Source: an uncultured Verrucomicrobiae bacterium (GTDB taxonomy: Bacteria; Chlamydiota; Chlamydiia; Chlamydiales; Rhabdochlamydiaceae). From it: DNA of 64,000 bases. A program made the position numbers and the translations under genes. The DNA lies in contig OY970364.1 of NCBI GenBank assembly GCA_963718565.1, positions 1,984,001-2,048,000 of the forward strand. The letters are read 5' to 3'. The notes under the pieces were generated by a model. The model saw only the letters and a list, made by a program, of their open reading frames with translations. It did no database searches and was not told where the DNA came from. Shown piece by piece: positions 49,537 through 59,222 of the stretch (position 1 is the stretch's first letter; every line of letters starts with the position of its first letter).

Positions 49537-50373
49537 TCATTTCTGCTGGAATATCTTATGCGCATTTATCCATAGGTCACACGAGGTATTTGGATTAGAG
49601 TGGTAAAGAGAGTCTATCTTATTCATCCATTCTGTGATATCCTTGTTAACTTCTCTTTGTTTTGCCTCGGGCACTCCATGCGGTGTTTCCAGGATGATTT
49701 TGTAAGAAAGCAGCAATTTTAGAATGGGCAGTTGCGGTATTGTCAATGGACAAGGCCATGTCCCGTGATAGGGCTCCTTAATTTTTGTATGTGCACGTTG
49801 GTCAATTTGAGCAGCGATTTTTTGCGCATGGCCAGTGAGTTGTTGTAAGAGATAATGGTCCTTAAAGTTAAGAGGTGTGTAGAAGTAAGGGACATTTTTG
49901 TTGAAAGTGCCCTCATTTACGTACTTATTCACAAAATAATGTGTTGCTAAAGCTGAACTGTACTCACGTGTTTCGATCTGTTTGACGAAATTTTTCTTTC
50001 CTAGTTTTTCAGTCTGATTATACAGACGCTGCAAATCTCGACGTTGTTGCGCATTTTGCAGCTCAAAAAACAGAAAAGCGACCTGCTCTTGCAAGGCGAC
50101 TTGTCGATAAGATTTGCTTAATATAATGGTATGGGTATCGAAATCATAACTTGCTGCTTGTTCCTGTACACCAAACTTCAGATTAATTTTCTCCCCTTGA
50201 TTCTCCTCTATAATTTTCTTTAGCAGTGCAACAGCGCTGACATCTTGCATGAGAAAATCAAGGGCTGGTTGAAAATCGGTCGAAAAAGGGTGAAAAAATT
50301 GACAAGCATCAATACCCTGCTTGACAGATTGGTCGTGACCTACCGAGGTTAAATAGATACACGTGGGCAGCAT
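49537..50373 (-). CDS. Hypothetical protein with zincin-like degenerate motif
   Basis: 278-aa ORF; IILS...LFFELQNA...E pattern. Confidence 0.6.
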   Translation of the reverse strand: MLPTCIYLTSVGHDQSVKQGIDACQFFHPFSTDFQPALDFLMQDVSAVALLKKIIEENQGEKINLKFGVQEQAASYDFDTHTIILSKSYRQVALQEQVAFLFFELQNAQQRRDLQRLYNQTEKLGKKNFVKQIETREYSSALATHYFVNKYVNEGTFNKNVPYFYTPLNFKDHYLLQQLTGHAQKIAAQIDQRAHTKIKEPYHGTWPCPLTIPQLPILKLLLSYKIILETPHGVPEAKQREVNKDITEWMNKIDSLYHSNPNTSCDLWINAHKIFQQK

Positions 50374-50383
50374 GCTTTCCTCT

Positions 50384-53215
50384 TTAAGTCCTGGATAAAT
50401 ATAGATTTCTGATCTGCTCTATGACAAACTCTACGAGCAAATAAGCATCTTTGTATGCAGTTTTACCAATGGTTTTGCTTAGTGAGGAACCTTCCCTACC
50501 CACATGATCAGAGATGAATAGAGCGGGTGTGATGTAGGGGTAAACATTTGCTTGCGGCGCTTGATTGAACGCTTTGAGGATGTGAAAAGATTCGACGTCC
50601 ACATTGGATATAGAGGAAGACTTTTTCTTTATGTCGTCTAGCCAATTTCTCGTTTCTAAAAGAGGGCCGGATACTGTAACATTGTTGCTTGCCTTAGCGT
50701 TTGAGGGAACTAGAACATGACCTGCTTGGAAAGCTTTGTTTAGGCTTGTTCGTTCTACAAGATTTCCTTGGCGATCGTAAATGCAGCTTTTATGGATAAA
50801 TTCATAGCCTCCTATCGGAGTCTCGTAGTTAATTGAGCCTCCGGCTCCTACTGTAACTAAGTAGTCTACCCTGGCCTGTGTGAGCATGACATGGGCTACT
50901 TTGCCAGCTAGGCTCCCATTAGGCATGCGCAAAGCCAACAATACTATAGGTATTGTTGTTTTGTTCTGGCTGGGGATGGATACACGAGCATAATTTAAGG
51001 CAAAAGTCGGATTTCCTGGCGTAATGTATTCGCTCTTAAGCGCTTTAAAAGCTTCGTCTTTGCTCCTGCCAGGATATACATATTGAGCAAACCCTGTTAG
51101 CATAGACCGCGTATTCCCGAGGAGGAGGACTCGAATTGCAGGTCCATGGATTCGGTCTCCAGTTTCTAGGTGTCTTTTAGCTTGGAAAGCTAGAGTGTTG
51201 ACTTGTTTTTCCGTATATGTTGTTACATTACCTTGGATTCTCATATCGAGAACAGGGATGTTCGAATAACGCAACTGATAGAGTTGATGTTCTAGCGATT
51301 CAATAGAGGGCACATCGAAGATCAGGATAAAGTAATTGTAAAAGCGCGAGAACTCTTTTTTCGTTTTCTTCCTCTCGTCTTGGGAAGATAGGTTTATTGC
51401 CTGGTTACTTTTTTGTGGATCTACCACTTCAATTTCACGATCCTGATAGGTTTCGAATAAATAAAATTCCGAACCGCCTCCTGATATTTTGGTAATAGAA
51501 GTAGGACGATAATAGTCTACAGCTTGATTGAGCTCCCCGAAAAAGAACTTCACTTGACTTGTTCCCATGGGTTTGTCTGGGAATAGTCTGAGAAGGCATG
51601 GGGACGAATCAGTCTGCAATAAATGAATCAGCGCAAAAGGAAGGCGATTCTTAAGATAAGTATCTACAACAAGCGTGTGAGATTCCTTCGATTGATTTAT
51701 TCTCTCGTTGGTTTTTGTCTCTAGTAAAGACCCATGACAGAACAGAAATTCACTAACCTTGTGCTCAGATAAATCGATCCTTTTATGTTTAACATTATTC
51801 CTGATTTTTTCTCGTCCGACAATTTCCAATGGATGAGTCAAGAAAAGAGTTTCTTGTAAAAAGGATTGCAGGCTGATGAACATCTCCGCAAATCGCTCCT
51901 CGCCAAATTTGTTGTTGAATGCTGTAAGAATCTCGTCTTTATTTTTTCGTTTCTTGTATAACTGAGGTGCTTCTCTGCCTTGGAGAAGGTGCTGTTGATA
52001 TATTTGGGAGAGAATGTCTTCTAGTTCATATATCACATTCTTTGGTTGGATATGTTTTTGGAAAAGATAAGATCTAATACTATTAATTTTATTAATTAAG
52101 TCATCATTATTATTCCCAGTCTTTTGTACAAGCGCTAAAAGTGTTTCGGCAACTTTAAGAACGGCTGCTCCTATCACTCTTTCTTGGGCTGTGTTTTTCT
52201 GAATATCCTGTTTGATTTTATAGAGTGTTCTTCTAAGAGTACCGAACTCTTTCAGCAGCTCAATCAGATGTTCTTCGCTGTGTGCTGTAGGAAGACGATA
52301 TATTTGACTTCTTCTCGCATTGTCTTTGCTAAATTGTGTCAGGGGAGACCACGGCTTGTTGCTATTGTTTATTGCTAGTGATAATAGCTTTTGTCTTTCT
52401 AATAACAGCTTTCTTTTCTCTTCTAACAGCTGTTGTTTAAGCTCGATCTCTTGTGTTAATTTACTGACCTTGTTCTCCAAAACATTCTTTCGTGCTCTTG
52501 TTCTGCTAGGTTTTTTTCCAGTTTCAAATACTACCTCTTGAGCAGTTAATTTTTTCCTTAAAGCGTTAATATCATTATTTAAGAGCGTAATTCCCTGTTC
52601 CAAATGGTCAATCTCTTTTTTTACATACTTCACACGCTCTTCGGATGGGGGCGGAGGATCATTGGCGAATAAGCGTATTTCGAATGGCTCTCTTAATTTT
52701 TCAGCATCTCGATACTGCTCAAAGGTAGTAAAATGATGCCCTACTTTACCAAGCTGCTGCTTTAAAAAATGCTTCTCCTCGTCACTAAAATGGTTCAAGT
52801 GTTTTTCGCCTGCTCTTTGTTCTCTTTCTGTAAATTCTCCATATTGCCACAGATCCGCTCTGAGAGAAGGGGGGAGCATTCCCTCGGGTTTTGCAGATTC
52901 TTGAGATATTGTCTCTTGGGGTGTCGTTTTTTTCTTTTTATGAGAGAGGGGTGCCGTTTTTTTTTCGAATACATTCAGAGCTAGAAGAGCTTCCTCTTTT
53001 GCCTTTTTGTTCTCTATCTCTATGGATACAAATGATGAATTAAATACTTGCGAAGAACATCCAAGAATATTACCGACAGCATATCCGCCTTCTATCGTCC
53101 CCGATTGTTCCTGTGCATTTTGCTCCTCTAAAAGAGCAGTATTGGATACTACAATTGGGGAGGGAGGGGAATATGAGAGATCTCTACTAATAGTCAATTG
53201 ATGAATTATAGCCAT
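50384..53215 (-). CDS. Large hypothetical protein: coiled coil plus C-terminal nucleoside-phosphorylase-like domain
   Basis: 943 aa; YLVTVGAGGSI, GPLLET, NVDVES, LFISDHVG resemble PNP_UDP_1 motifs. Confidence 0.6.
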   Translation of the reverse strand: MAIIHQLTISRDLSYSPPSPIVVSNTALLEEQNAQEQSGTIEGGYAVGNILGCSSQVFNSSFVSIEIENKKAKEEALLALNVFEKKTAPLSHKKKKTTPQETISQESAKPEGMLPPSLRADLWQYGEFTEREQRAGEKHLNHFSDEEKHFLKQQLGKVGHHFTTFEQYRDAEKLREPFEIRLFANDPPPPSEERVKYVKKEIDHLEQGITLLNNDINALRKKLTAQEVVFETGKKPSRTRARKNVLENKVSKLTQEIELKQQLLEEKRKLLLERQKLLSLAINNSNKPWSPLTQFSKDNARRSQIYRLPTAHSEEHLIELLKEFGTLRRTLYKIKQDIQKNTAQERVIGAAVLKVAETLLALVQKTGNNNDDLINKINSIRSYLFQKHIQPKNVIYELEDILSQIYQQHLLQGREAPQLYKKRKNKDEILTAFNNKFGEERFAEMFISLQSFLQETLFLTHPLEIVGREKIRNNVKHKRIDLSEHKVSEFLFCHGSLLETKTNERINQSKESHTLVVDTYLKNRLPFALIHLLQTDSSPCLLRLFPDKPMGTSQVKFFFGELNQAVDYYRPTSITKISGGGSEFYLFETYQDREIEVVDPQKSNQAINLSSQDERKKTKKEFSRFYNYFILIFDVPSIESLEHQLYQLRYSNIPVLDMRIQGNVTTYTEKQVNTLAFQAKRHLETGDRIHGPAIRVLLLGNTRSMLTGFAQYVYPGRSKDEAFKALKSEYITPGNPTFALNYARVSIPSQNKTTIPIVLLALRMPNGSLAGKVAHVMLTQARVDYLVTVGAGGSINYETPIGGYEFIHKSCIYDRQGNLVERTSLNKAFQAGHVLVPSNAKASNNVTVSGPLLETRNWLDDIKKKSSSISNVDVESFHILKAFNQAPQANVYPYITPALFISDHVGREGSSLSKTIGKTAYKDAYLLVEFVIEQIRNLYLSRT

Positions 53216-53356
53216 AAAATTATTACCACCTAAACTTAGTTTAACTTTAATTTTAAACAGCTGTTATTTTAAAGTAAAGCAAATTTTTTAATTTTTTATA
53301 TGTAAAGGAAGAGAAAAACATTGCATATAAAGGTTTTATAGATAATTAACTAGATT

Positions 53357-53541
53357 TAGAGCCACTTGCAAAAATGTACGCCAGCAGAAAATCGATGATT
53401 TTGGCATCTATTGACAGAACCCGCACTGCGGGTTCGTTTGGTGGTGGCGAAGACATGCTTGAGAAAGTAGAGGAGCCGCCACCAAGTCAAAAGATGACAA
53501 AAGGGCGATTTTATGCGGCGTGCATTTTTGCAAGTGGCTCT
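53357..53541. mobile_element. MITE family B variant (B')
   Basis: TIRs agagccacttgcaaaaatg / catttttgcaagtggctct; interior (ccagcagaaaatcgatgattttggc, gcgattttatgcggcg) shared with family B. Confidence 0.82.
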
Positions 53542-53572
53542 TTTAGGAGTAACAATTTTCAGAATAGATTCT

Positions 53573-55960
53573 ATGTCAAATAAAGCTCCCTCTATCCGTT
53601 GGTTTAAAACTCTAAGTATCAAAGACATTCCCATCGTCGGAGGGAAGAATGCGTCTTTAGGGGAGATGCTTCGGTCGTTGACACAAAAAGGAATCCAAGT
53701 TCCCGACGGGTTTGCCACCACAGCACAAGCTTATTGGGATTTTCTTGAGTTCAACCGTCTCGATAAAAAATTTGCAGAATTGATTGGCGAAATGAAAAAA
53801 AAGAAAGCGCCTTTAGAAAAAGTGGGAGCCAGCATCAGGCACCTGATATTGGCTTGCCGCTTTCCTCCCGATGCTATCGAAGAGGTCGTAGCGGCCTATC
53901 GATTGTTAAACAAAAAATATCGTCAAAATCCTGTCGATGTCGCTGTCAGAAGCAGCGCGACTGCGGAAGATTTGCCTTCAGCTAGTTTTGCAGGTCAGCA
54001 GGAAACGTTCTTAAATGTCCGTGGTGAGAAGGAGCTGCTTCAAGCATGTAAGTGCTGCTATGCGTCCTTGTTCACCGATCGCGCGATTGCTTATCGAGAA
54101 GCAAAAGGATTTGATCATTTGAAGATCGCGCTTTCCATCGGTGTCCAAAAGATGGTGCGTTCCGATAAAGCTTCTGCAGGCGTGATGTTCACATTGGACA
54201 CGGAAACAGGATTTCCACAAGTGGTCGTCATTAATGCTGCCTGGGGCTTAGGAGAAAATGTCGTTCAGGGGAGCGTGACGCCAGACGAATATGTCGTTTT
54301 CAAGCCATTACTCGGTAAAAAAAATGTCTTTCCTCTCCTTGAAAAAAAATTAGGTCTCAAAGAGAAGAAAATGATCTATGGGAAGAAAGGAAAAAGCAGC
54401 GTAAAAAATATCACGACTACCCCAAAAGAGCGATCTCACTTTGTTTTAAGTGAAAAGGAAATCGTGCAACTCGCTTCATGGGGTGTGTGGATCGAACAGC
54501 ATTACAAGCGCGCAATGGATATCGAATGGGCCAAAGATGGTGTTTCTGGCGATCTCTTTATCGTGCAAGCACGGCCTGAGACTGTCCAATCCCAAAAAAA
54601 AGGAAATGTCTTTAAGACGTACACATTGTCGAAGCGCGGCACTGTCCTCTGTCAAGGACTGGCAATTGGCGAGGCCATCGTTGCCGGGAAAGCGCAAGTG
54701 ATCAAGCATCTATCAGACATGGATCAATTTGAAACGGGAAGCATTCTTGTGACAGAAATGACCTCGCCCGATTGGGTTCCAATCATGCAACGCGCAGCTG
54801 CAATTATTACTGACCATGGAGGAAGAACTTCTCATGCCGCTATCGTCAGTCGAGAGCTCGGTGTTTCAGCGGTCGTAGGGACGAATAAGGGAACCAAGGC
54901 GATTAAAGATGGAGAATGGATCACCGTTTCTTGTGCTGAAGGAGACCAAGGATATGTTTATCGAGGAGATGTCCCTTACCGAGAACAGGTCGTCCATTTG
55001 GAAAAATTGCCGAAATTTAAGACAGAAATCATGATGAATATCGCAAGTCCCCAAGCAGCCTTTCGCTGGTGGCGCTTGCCATGTGTTGGGATTGGCCTTG
55101 CACGCATGGAATTTATCATCAATGACATTATCCAGATCCATCCTATGGCGCTAGTTCATATAGACCAAGTCAGGGATCTCAAAGCGAAGAAGAAAATTCT
55201 GGAATTGACAAGAGAATATCGCGACAAACGTGAGTATTTTATCGATCATCTTTCCAGGGGTATCGCTAAAATTGCTGCTTCACGGTATCCCTACCCTGTC
55301 ATTGTCAGAATGAGCGACTTTAAGACTAATGAATACGCCAATTTGATCGGAGGTCAATTTTTTGAGCCGAAAGAAGAAAATCCTATGCTAGGATTTCGCG
55401 GTGCTTCGCGCTATTACAGTCCGAGATATCGAGAAGGATTTGCATTGGAATGTGCCGCCATCAAGCGTGTTCGCGAGAAAATGGGGTTATCCAATGTCAT
55501 CGTGATGATTCCATTTTGCCGCACTTTGGAAGAAGCGGATCGATCCCTTGCCGTCCTTGCTGAAAATGGTCTTAAGCGTGGACAAAAAGGATTGCAAGTG
55601 TATGTCATGGCTGAAATTCCCTCGAACATTCTTCTGGCAAGCGCATTTGCAGATCGATTTGATGGATTTTCGATTGGATCCAATGACTTAACTCAGCTTG
55701 TTTTGGGCATCGATCGCGATTCCGGCGAGCTTGCTTCGCTCTTTGATGAACGTAATGAAGCCGTCAAGAAAATGATCGTCGAGCTTATTCACGTTGCCCA
55801 CCGTAAAAATCGCAAAGTGGGAATTTGCGGACAGGCTCCTAGCGATTATCCAGAATTCGCAGCTTTCCTAATCAAACAAGGGATCGATTCTATCTCGCTA
55901 AATCCCGATAGCATTCCATCTGCCCTAAAGAGGTTTCGCACCCGAATTTTAAGAAAGTAA
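53573..55960 (+). CDS. ppsA: Phosphoenolpyruvate synthase
   Basis: VGGKNASLGEM, AVRSSATAED, GGRTSHAAI, GFSIGSNDLTQ, GICGQAPSD. Confidence 0.96.
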   Translation: MSNKAPSIRWFKTLSIKDIPIVGGKNASLGEMLRSLTQKGIQVPDGFATTAQAYWDFLEFNRLDKKFAELIGEMKKKKAPLEKVGASIRHLILACRFPPDAIEEVVAAYRLLNKKYRQNPVDVAVRSSATAEDLPSASFAGQQETFLNVRGEKELLQACKCCYASLFTDRAIAYREAKGFDHLKIALSIGVQKMVRSDKASAGVMFTLDTETGFPQVVVINAAWGLGENVVQGSVTPDEYVVFKPLLGKKNVFPLLEKKLGLKEKKMIYGKKGKSSVKNITTTPKERSHFVLSEKEIVQLASWGVWIEQHYKRAMDIEWAKDGVSGDLFIVQARPETVQSQKKGNVFKTYTLSKRGTVLCQGLAIGEAIVAGKAQVIKHLSDMDQFETGSILVTEMTSPDWVPIMQRAAAIITDHGGRTSHAAIVSRELGVSAVVGTNKGTKAIKDGEWITVSCAEGDQGYVYRGDVPYREQVVHLEKLPKFKTEIMMNIASPQAAFRWWRLPCVGIGLARMEFIINDIIQIHPMALVHIDQVRDLKAKKKILELTREYRDKREYFIDHLSRGIAKIAASRYPYPVIVRMSDFKTNEYANLIGGQFFEPKEENPMLGFRGASRYYSPRYREGFALECAAIKRVREKMGLSNVIVMIPFCRTLEEADRSLAVLAENGLKRGQKGLQVYVMAEIPSNILLASAFADRFDGFSIGSNDLTQLVLGIDRDSGELASLFDERNEAVKKMIVELIHVAHRKNRKVGICGQAPSDYPEFAAFLIKQGIDSISLNPDSIPSALKRFRTRILRK

Positions 55961-55962
55961 TA

Positions 55963-56988
55963 TCATTTATAAATGTTGATTGCGACGACAGCATTAGCGA
56001 ATACAGGCGAATTGCGCGCGGCAACTGTAAACCAAACGCCCGCGATGATTCCCACATACGCATTCCAGTTATATTCCACTGCGGGCGCAAGGCTCCATTG
56101 GTCAGACGAAGAAAACCCGACTCTATTGGGAACCCCGTCGGTTGCGCCTTTTTGTCCCTTGAATCTTGTTTTGTTGCTATGTTGATACTGCACATCTCCT
56201 GCTAATGCCCAACGTTGAGACAGAGCCAGTTCAAAACCAAATTGTCCAATCAGTATTTGTCCAGGAAAGACTTTTCCACAAGTATGGTGGCCTCCTCCAT
56301 ACGCGTTGAAACCGCGGACGTGTACGGGTGTTGGAAAGGTGTATTGCCAATTCATCCGTGCAGCAAAGAAAATATGTCCTCCCCACCAATAAAGATGGGA
56401 CATGACGATCCCAACGGTGGGAAGCCAGCTGCCAGCTCCTCCAATATCTGTGCCTTTTCTATGAGGATTGAGTTGTTGAAACCTTCCAAAGGGAAAATTT
56501 CCGCGGAGTGCCAATTTAATCGCTGGCCACCACGCGCCTTGTTTATCGTTTAGGAGTTGATAATCAAATCCGAATCCCATGTCATTAAGGACCCAGTGCG
56601 AAGCTCCCTCTGTGTGATTCCAGGAAAAAGCAGGGTTGAACACAAAATCAAAGTTGTGCCCTAATCCATATTGAATCGGTATTTGAGTATTTGCACTGTA
56701 AAAGTTGTGCGGGATATTATGGGAATGCCAACGATGATCATATGCTCCATAAGCTGTATTCACAAACTCGTAAGGCTCGATATTCCAATGGTCTTTTGGG
56801 ATCACATGTCCAGACGGAGTCAATAATGGTCCGGTGAGCCATGGAAAAACTTCTTCTTCTGTTTTAGGTTTCTCAGTATGAACGCCAGGTTCATCGCCGT
56901 GCAGAGCGCTCGAGAAAAAAAGCGAAGCAGATGCTAGAGAAGACAAGAAAATTGCTAATCTGTCGAAAGAGAAGCGCATAGAGATACT
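55963..56988 (-). CDS. Hypothetical exported / outer-membrane protein
   Basis: Signal peptide; PWLTGPLL, beta-strand-rich pattern. Confidence 0.7.
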   Translation of the reverse strand, partial: SISMRFSFDRLAIFLSSLASASLFFSSALHGDEPGVHTEKPKTEEEVFPWLTGPLLTPSGHVIPKDHWNIEPYEFVNTAYGAYDHRWHSHNIPHNFYSANTQIPIQYGLGHNFDFVFNPAFSWNHTEGASHWVLNDMGFGFDYQLLNDKQGAWWPAIKLALRGNFPFGRFQQLNPHRKGTDIGGAGSWLPTVGIVMSHLYWWGGHIFFAARMNWQYTFPTPVHVRGFNAYGGGHHTCGKVFPGQILIGQFGFELALSQRWALAGDVQYQHSNKTRFKGQKGATDGVPNRVGFSSSDQWSLAPAVEYNWNAYVGIIAGVWFTVAARNSPVFANAVVAINIYK

Positions 56989-57018
56989 CCGCACGGAAAA
57001 AAATCATAATGATAAATA

Positions 57019-57117
57019 TATACCGAAATGAACTCAAGACTTGGTTTTTAGCTACGTTGGGCAGCCGCTGTATTTGAGCTCGCCTGGCCACCCGCACAAC
57101 TTATTCAAGTTGTGCCT
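57019..57117. repeat. Left part of MITE family A
   Basis: Matches 49245-49340. Confidence 0.82.
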
Positions 57118-57193
57118 GTAAGCTCTCCAACAACCCTGGACCACCCAATGTTCGATGGACCTCGATTGCAGCATCTATTACCTGCTCTGTCAA
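57118..57193 (-). pseudogene. GxxExxY-family fragment
   Basis: LTEQVIDAAIEVHRTLGGPGLLESL. Confidence 0.68.
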
Positions 57194-57219
57194 TACCGCC
57201 TTATTCCGGTAATGAGGAT

Positions 57220-58419
57220 TTATTTCGTGATTTCTTTGGTAACTTCAACCCCAAGTTCGACGAGAGTAAACAGAATCAAGGTCGCCAAGAACATTTTCCC
57301 TCCAGGAACTAAAGGGTAGTGATCATATTTCTTAATGTATCTTCCGATCCAGACCATGAGTGGAGGGAAAAGACCAAAGAGAATTGCACAGCTAAATCCT
57401 CCTGCATAACTTAAAGCAGTGATGAAGATGTGGGGATATGTGATTGCGACAATTGTTGGCGGCACAAATACCGCCAGACAGAGGGCGACTTTTTTCAACC
57501 CTTTCTTCTGCACTTTCAGGCCATCGGCTAAAAAGTCGAGATAAGCCAAAGCAAGCGCGACATAGGACGTCGTCATTGTAAAGAATGCAAAAGATTTCCC
57601 AATCGCAAAAACGATGGGGCTTTGCAGCAGCTCTTTGAGAGGCATTACAGCGTTCCAGCCTTTTTTTGCGGCTTCTGCTAAGCCGTTAGGCCCTTCCGTG
57701 GGTACGATACCGAGAATCAGTAATTCCCAAACGAGATAGACGACCAAAGGAATACTTGTGCCCAAAATAATGGACAGTCGCACCTTCTTGACATCGCGTT
57801 GCATATAAGTCATCAACGTGGGAATGATGACTTGGAATGTAAAAGCAGTAAAAAGAACGGGAAGAGCTAGCCAAGCCTTCGACCAATCAGAACGTGCGAG
57901 TAAACGCGTATCGACATGGTCGTAGGACACCGCGATAAACAGAAAGTAAGAGACTGCAACTCCAATCATCAAAGTGATGTTCAATCTATCCACCCATTTT
58001 GTTCCAAGATAAACAACGGGAGAAAAGATAACGACATAGAGGAGCATTGCCACCCAGCTGGGGATGTTGCCACCGGTGATCTCACTTAAGATTGCGCCAC
58101 CGCCAAGGACGTGCGCAATCATGACCGTGATAAACAGAAAAAGATAGACGACCCAGCAAACATCCTTACCCACTGGGCCTAGCAACCGGTGTGCCATAGT
58201 GATTAAATTAGAATCTTTTGGCATCCAAGTGCAAACCTCTAGAAGGAGAAGGCCCGTACAAAGCATGAAAAGCCAGCAAAGGGTGTAAATAACAGCTGCG
58301 GGAATAAAACCGCCTTCACCAGTTGCAACTGGAAGTGCAAGCATGCCGACACCGACCATTGTTCCGGCGATTAATAAAGTTCCTCCTAGAACGTGACCCA
58401 ATGAATGAAAGATGTGCAT
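57220..58419 (-). CDS. tyrP: Aromatic amino acid permease (TyrP/Mtr family)
   Basis: GGTLLIAGTMVGVGMLALP, FQVIIPTL, TTSY. Confidence 0.85.
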   Translation of the reverse strand: MHIFHSLGHVLGGTLLIAGTMVGVGMLALPVATGEGGFIPAAVIYTLCWLFMLCTGLLLLEVCTWMPKDSNLITMAHRLLGPVGKDVCWVVYLFLFITVMIAHVLGGGAILSEITGGNIPSWVAMLLYVVIFSPVVYLGTKWVDRLNITLMIGVAVSYFLFIAVSYDHVDTRLLARSDWSKAWLALPVLFTAFTFQVIIPTLMTYMQRDVKKVRLSIILGTSIPLVVYLVWELLILGIVPTEGPNGLAEAAKKGWNAVMPLKELLQSPIVFAIGKSFAFFTMTTSYVALALAYLDFLADGLKVQKKGLKKVALCLAVFVPPTIVAITYPHIFITALSYAGGFSCAILFGLFPPLMVWIGRYIKKYDHYPLVPGGKMFLATLILFTLVELGVEVTKEITK

Positions 58420-58593
58420 GGCTTTCCCCTTATAGTATTCAGCATAAAGACCTTAATTCCTTTATGGCATGGGGAAAAAGAATAAAGAGTTCATAATTAA
58501 AAAACAAGAAAAAACCTCAACAAAAACAGTGAGTTTAAACCAAAATTAATCTTATTAAAGGGTTTTTCTGAATTTGACTAGTGCATTTAGAGA

Positions 58594-58637
58594 TATACCG
58601 AAACAATATGAAGAATCAGTTATGTTGTTTCGGTATA
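58594..58637. repeat. 44-bp collapsed scar of MITE family A'
   Basis: tataccgaaacaatatgaagaatc...atgttgtttcggtata. Confidence 0.78.
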
Positions 58638-58688
58638 GACAATCTAGTTCGTGTAATGTATTATTTTTCCAAAAATTGTGAGCGAACT

Positions 58689-59222
58689 ATGGAAGTTAAA
58701 GAGCTTTCTTTGCCTGGGGTTAAGTTTATTCTCCCTAAAGTTTTTTTCGATGACCGAGGTTTTTTTCGAGAGACATTTCGCAAGCCCCTTTATCATCAAG
58801 CAGGGATCGATTGCGATTTTGTGCAAGACAATCATTCTTTTTCTAAGCAGGACACGATCCGGGGAATGCATTTTCAACGGTCCCCAGGTCAGGCTAAACT
58901 TGTGACAGTGATGGAAGGTAAGATTTTTGATGTGTTTGTCGATATTCGCCCTGACAGCCCCACTTTTGGGAAATGGGATGGGGTCTACTTGGATGCTGCT
59001 TCGGGAGAACAGATTTTTATCCCTGTCGGATATGCTCATGGATTTTGTGTTGTCAGCCCGCATGCGCACGTTTGCTATAAGGTCAGCAATATTTATGATC
59101 CTCTAGAAGAGCGCAACTTTCGTTTTGACGACCCTTTTGTAGACATTCGTTGGCCAGTGGAAACCCCGGTACTTTCGGATCGTGATCGAAGAGGTGCGCT
59201 TCTTAAGGAGGCCATAAGATGA
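58689..59222 (+). CDS. rfbC: dTDP-4-dehydrorhamnose 3,5-epimerase
   Basis: DDRGFFRE, QDNHSFS, RGMHFQ, YAHGF. Confidence 0.94.
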   Translation: MEVKELSLPGVKFILPKVFFDDRGFFRETFRKPLYHQAGIDCDFVQDNHSFSKQDTIRGMHFQRSPGQAKLVTVMEGKIFDVFVDIRPDSPTFGKWDGVYLDAASGEQIFIPVGYAHGFCVVSPHAHVCYKVSNIYDPLEERNFRFDDPFVDIRWPVETPVLSDRDRRGALLKEAIR

